The translations under genes and the position numbers were made by a program. The notes beneath the pieces are model-generated. The model saw nothing but the letters and a program-made list of their open reading frames with translations. It searched no databases and had not been told where the DNA came from. A stretch of 49,941 bases of DNA, taken from assembly GCA_019120475.1 (NCBI GenBank), contig DWVA01000175.1:1-49941 (forward strand), read 5' to 3'. This document shows positions 47,136 to 49,941 of the stretch, one piece after another (the stretch's first letter is position 1; every line of letters begins with the position of its first letter). The DNA comes from Candidatus Blautia intestinipullorum. Its GTDB lineage: Bacteria; Bacillota; Clostridia; Lachnospirales; Lachnospiraceae.

Positions 47136-48752
47136 ATGAGAGAAAAATACGAGTCGTTGTCGCTGGCAACATTGAAGGATCTGGCGAAAGCAAGAGGACT
47201 GAAAGGAATTTCCGCCCTCAGAAAGCCGGAGTTGATTGAACGTATGCTTCAGGAGGACGAAAAAGAGGCGCAGGAGAAGAAAACGGCATCCGCGGAGGAA
47301 GAGCCGGCAGTGAGGGATGCTCAGGTTTTTCCGGCGGAAACTGAGCCGGAGGAAGCGGATCAGGAAAAGAATGAGACTGCAAAGGCAAGACCGGAAATTT
47401 TCCATGCGGAAGAAAACAGAGCCTCCTATGAAGGGAGAAGACGGAACCATCCGGAAGAAAGCCGCAGGATTTCCGGACGGGAGGATACAAGGCGGATGCG
47501 CGGCATCCAGGAAGAGAACAGAAGAAATTTTTCCAGTCAGGAAAACAGGAAGGTCCACAGCGGCCAGGGAACTTATTCCGTTCAGGCGGACGATGGAAGG
47601 ATGCCTGCGGAAACTGCCCAGCTTGACAGCGGAGAAAAGGCAAACGGGATTCTGGAAGTGCTTCCGGACGGATACGGCTTTATCCGCTGTGAAAATTATC
47701 TGCCGGGAGAAAATGATATCTATGTATCTCCTTCTCAGATACGGAGATTTAATCTGAAAACCGGAGATATCCTTCAGGGAAGTATCCGGATCAAAACCCA
47801 GGGAGAGAAATTCAGCGCTCTCCTCTATGTGACCTCCATTAATGGATTTCCCCCCAGCGAAGGACAGCGGCGCTACAATTTTGAAGATATGACGCCCATA
47901 TTCCCGAATGAGCGCCTTAAGATGGAACGGCCCGGGGGAACTGTGGCCATGAGGATCGTAGACCTGATCAGTCCTATCGGAAAGGGACAGAGGGGAATGA
48001 TCGTCTCTCCGCCCAAGGCAGGAAAGACCACTCTTTTAAAGGATGTGGCAAAATCTATCTTAAAGAACAATCCGGAGATGCACCTGATCATTCTTCTGAT
48101 CGACGAGCGCCCGGAGGAAGTGACAGATATCAAAGAAGCGATCCAGGGTCCGAATGTGGAAGTGATCTATTCTACCTTTGACGAACTTCCGGAACATCAT
48201 AAACGAGTATCAGAAATGGTGATCGAGAGAGCACGCCGCCTGGTGGAACACAAAAAGGACGTTACCATTCTTCTGGATTCTATTACAAGACTGGCAAGAG
48301 CCTACAATCTCTGTGTCCCTCCAAGCGGAAGAACGCTTTCCGGCGGTCTTGATCCCGCGGCGCTCCATATGCCGAAGAGATTTTTCGGAGCGGCGCGCAA
48401 TATGCGGGAAGGAGGAAGCCTGACCATTCTTGCTACGGCCCTTGTGGAAACAGGAAGCAAAATGGACGATGTGATCTACGAGGAATTTAAGGGAACAGGA
48501 AATATGGAGCTTGTACTTGACCGCAGGCTCCAGGAAAAGAGAGTGTTCCCGGCCATTGATATCCAAAAATCCGGCACCCGCCGGGAGGATCTTCTGTTAA
48601 GCCGGGAGGAACAGGAAACAGTGTATAATATGAGGAAAGCCCTGAACAGCCTGAAAGCTGACGAAGCTGTGGAACAGATCCTCAATATGTTTTCCAGAAC
48701 CCGGACAAACGCGGAATTTGTGCAGATGGCGAAAAAACAGAAATTTTTATAA
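47136..48752 (+). CDS. rho: Transcription termination factor Rho with N-terminal insertion
   Basis: [60 protein letters not shown]. Confidence 0.97.
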   Translation: MREKYESLSLATLKDLAKARGLKGISALRKPELIERMLQEDEKEAQEKKTASAEEEPAVRDAQVFPAETEPEEADQEKNETAKARPEIFHAEENRASYEGRRRNHPEESRRISGREDTRRMRGIQEENRRNFSSQENRKVHSGQGTYSVQADDGRMPAETAQLDSGEKANGILEVLPDGYGFIRCENYLPGENDIYVSPSQIRRFNLKTGDILQGSIRIKTQGEKFSALLYVTSINGFPPSEGQRRYNFEDMTPIFPNERLKMERPGGTVAMRIVDLISPIGKGQRGMIVSPPKAGKTTLLKDVAKSILKNNPEMHLIILLIDERPEEVTDIKEAIQGPNVEVIYSTFDELPEHHKRVSEMVIERARRLVEHKKDVTILLDSITRLARAYNLCVPPSGRTLSGGLDPAALHMPKRFFGAARNMREGGSLTILATALVETGSKMDDVIYEEFKGTGNMELVLDRRLQEKRVFPAIDIQKSGTRREDLLLSREEQETVYNMRKALNSLKADEAVEQILNMFSRTRTNAEFVQMAKKQKFL

Positions 48753-48757
48753 ACAGC

Positions 48758-48786
48758 TTGCATTTTAAGGCTTGATATGCTATAAT
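48758..48786 (+). promoter_or_regulatory. SigA promoter of rpmE
   Basis: TTGCAT-17-TATAAT with TG extended -10. Confidence 0.75.
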
Positions 48787-48861
48787 CAGAAAGCTGCAAA
48801 ATAGTAGATTCGTCTAGTTATATACGAATAGAAAATAGAAGACTATAGAGAGGTGAAAATC

Positions 48862-49065
48862 ATGCGTGAAGGAATCCATCCGAACTATCAGCAGGCAACC
48901 GTAACCTGTAACTGTGGAAACACATTTGTAACTGGTTCTGTAAAGAAAGATATCCATGTGGAAATCTGTTCCAAATGCCATCCGTTCTACACAGGACAGC
49001 AGAAAGCTGCTCAGGCTCGCGGACGTATTGATAAGTTCAATAAGAAATACGGCTTAAACAAATAA
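48862..49065 (+). CDS. rpmE: 50S ribosomal protein L31, Zn-binding type A
   Basis: [28 protein letters not shown]. Confidence 0.97.
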   Translation: MREGIHPNYQQATVTCNCGNTFVTGSVKKDIHVEICSKCHPFYTGQQKAAQARGRIDKFNKKYGLNK

Positions 49066-49091
49066 TCAGACACAATATAGGAAAGAGAGAA

Positions 49092-49124
49092 CAGGTTGAG
49101 GTTGGGAAATCTCAACCTTTCTTT
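49092..49124 (+). terminator. Intrinsic terminator after rpmE
   Basis: AGGTTGAGGTT/AATCTCAACCT plus TTCTTT. Confidence 0.75.
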
Positions 49125-49148
49125 GCTTATAAGCAAGTGGAGACGAGA

Positions 49149-49941
49149 ATGAAATCATCAAATATCGGCGGTCAGGCGGTCATGGAAGGCATTATGATGA
49201 GACACAAGGATAAATATTCCGTTGGTGTCCGCCGGCCTGACGGTGAAATCGAATTAAAGATCGAAGATTATAAATGCACCTTTGGCAAAGCGAAATTTCT
49301 CCGCTGGCCTTTGATCCGGGGAGTAGTCAGCTTGGTGGACGGTCTTGTAATAGGAACAAAGTGCCTGATGTATTCCGCGGAGATCGCGGGAGATGAGGAG
49401 GACGAAGAAGAAGCCAGAAAGAACGCTTCTCTGTCTGAAGAAGAAAGAACTGCAAAGAAAGAAAAAGAAGACAGGCAGTTCAAATGGCTTCTGTATGTGA
49501 CGGTAGCGGTTTCCATCGTGGTTTCAGTCGCCGCATTCATGCTTCTTCCATATGCGCTTGCCAGCCTGATCCGGAAGGCGGGAGCTTCGGAATTCCTGGT
49601 AACGGTAGTGGAAGCCTTCGTGAAAATGGCGCTGTTCCTGGGATATATGTTCCTGATCTCCAGGATGAAGGATATCCAGAGAACCTTTATGTATCATGGG
49701 GCGGAGCATAAATGTATCAACTGCGTGGAGCATGGGCTACCCCTTACAGTGGAAAACGTGATGAAAAGCTCCAGACAGCATAAACGCTGCGGAACCAGCT
49801 TTTTGTTTCTGGTAATGCTGGTCAGCATCTGCCTTCATTTTATTTTTGTTCTTGTGCCGTTTTTCTGGCTTCGTCTTCTGGGACGTCTTCTGATGGTGCC
49901 TGTTGTGGCGGGAATTTCCTTTGAGATGATCCAGTGGGCCG
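49149..49941 (+). CDS. DUF1385 (YqhQ-like) membrane protein; 3' end lies outside the window
   Basis: Not in the ORF track because there is no stop in the window; MKSSNIGGQAVMEGIMMR, FMYHGAEHKCINC, HKRCGTSF; usual rho-rpmE-DUF1385 synteny. Confidence 0.9.
   Translation, partial: MKSSNIGGQAVMEGIMMRHKDKYSVGVRRPDGEIELKIEDYKCTFGKAKFLRWPLIRGVVSLVDGLVIGTKCLMYSAEIAGDEEDEEEARKNASLSEEERTAKKEKEDRQFKWLLYVTVAVSIVVSVAAFMLLPYALASLIRKAGASEFLVTVVEAFVKMALFLGYMFLISRMKDIQRTFMYHGAEHKCINCVEHGLPLTVENVMKSSRQHKRCGTSFLFLVMLVSICLHFIFVLVPFFWLRLLGRLLMVPVVAGISFEMIQWA

Noticed and set aside
48795-48850. Possible L31 autoregulatory leader (ATTCGT/ACGAAT hairpin)
   Set aside because: Plausible but too short to support without a covariance-model search
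1-49941. Mobile elements, prophage, tRNA/rRNA, defence systems
   Set aside because: No transposase, integrase, phage, nuclease or structural-RNA signatures were recognised in any frame

Overview
Chromosomal window of a ~50% GC spore-forming Firmicute. Gene content and order point to Lachnospiraceae (Blautia-like; inference). It holds about 44 genes, mostly on the + strand: a thrR-hom-apgM-like-lysC cluster, tex, two ABC importers, a BirA-controlled bioB(pseudogene)-bioY unit, a NifX-FKBP fusion, an FMN riboswitch with ribU, an ECF sigma/anti-sigma pair, a complete glucose-family PTS locus with RAT/antiterminator, an SSS symporter, a Csp-like subtilase, a PucR/SDR/Cys-rich V4R-like/GcvT-like catabolic cluster, FadR-Ldh_2-malic enzyme, hisC, and rho-rpmE-DUF1385. 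I saw no rRNA, tRNA, CRISPR array, prophage or transposase. Most notable are (1) the uncharacterised PucR-SDR-V4R-like-GcvT-like cluster, (2) an FMN riboswitch with two 30-nt insertions at the equivalent L2 and L5 loops, (3) promoter-proximal terminator leaders, one ANTAR-like, (4) two genes inactivated by internal deletions, and (5) an HPr lacking Ser46. All calls come from reading motifs by eye; no database searches were run.
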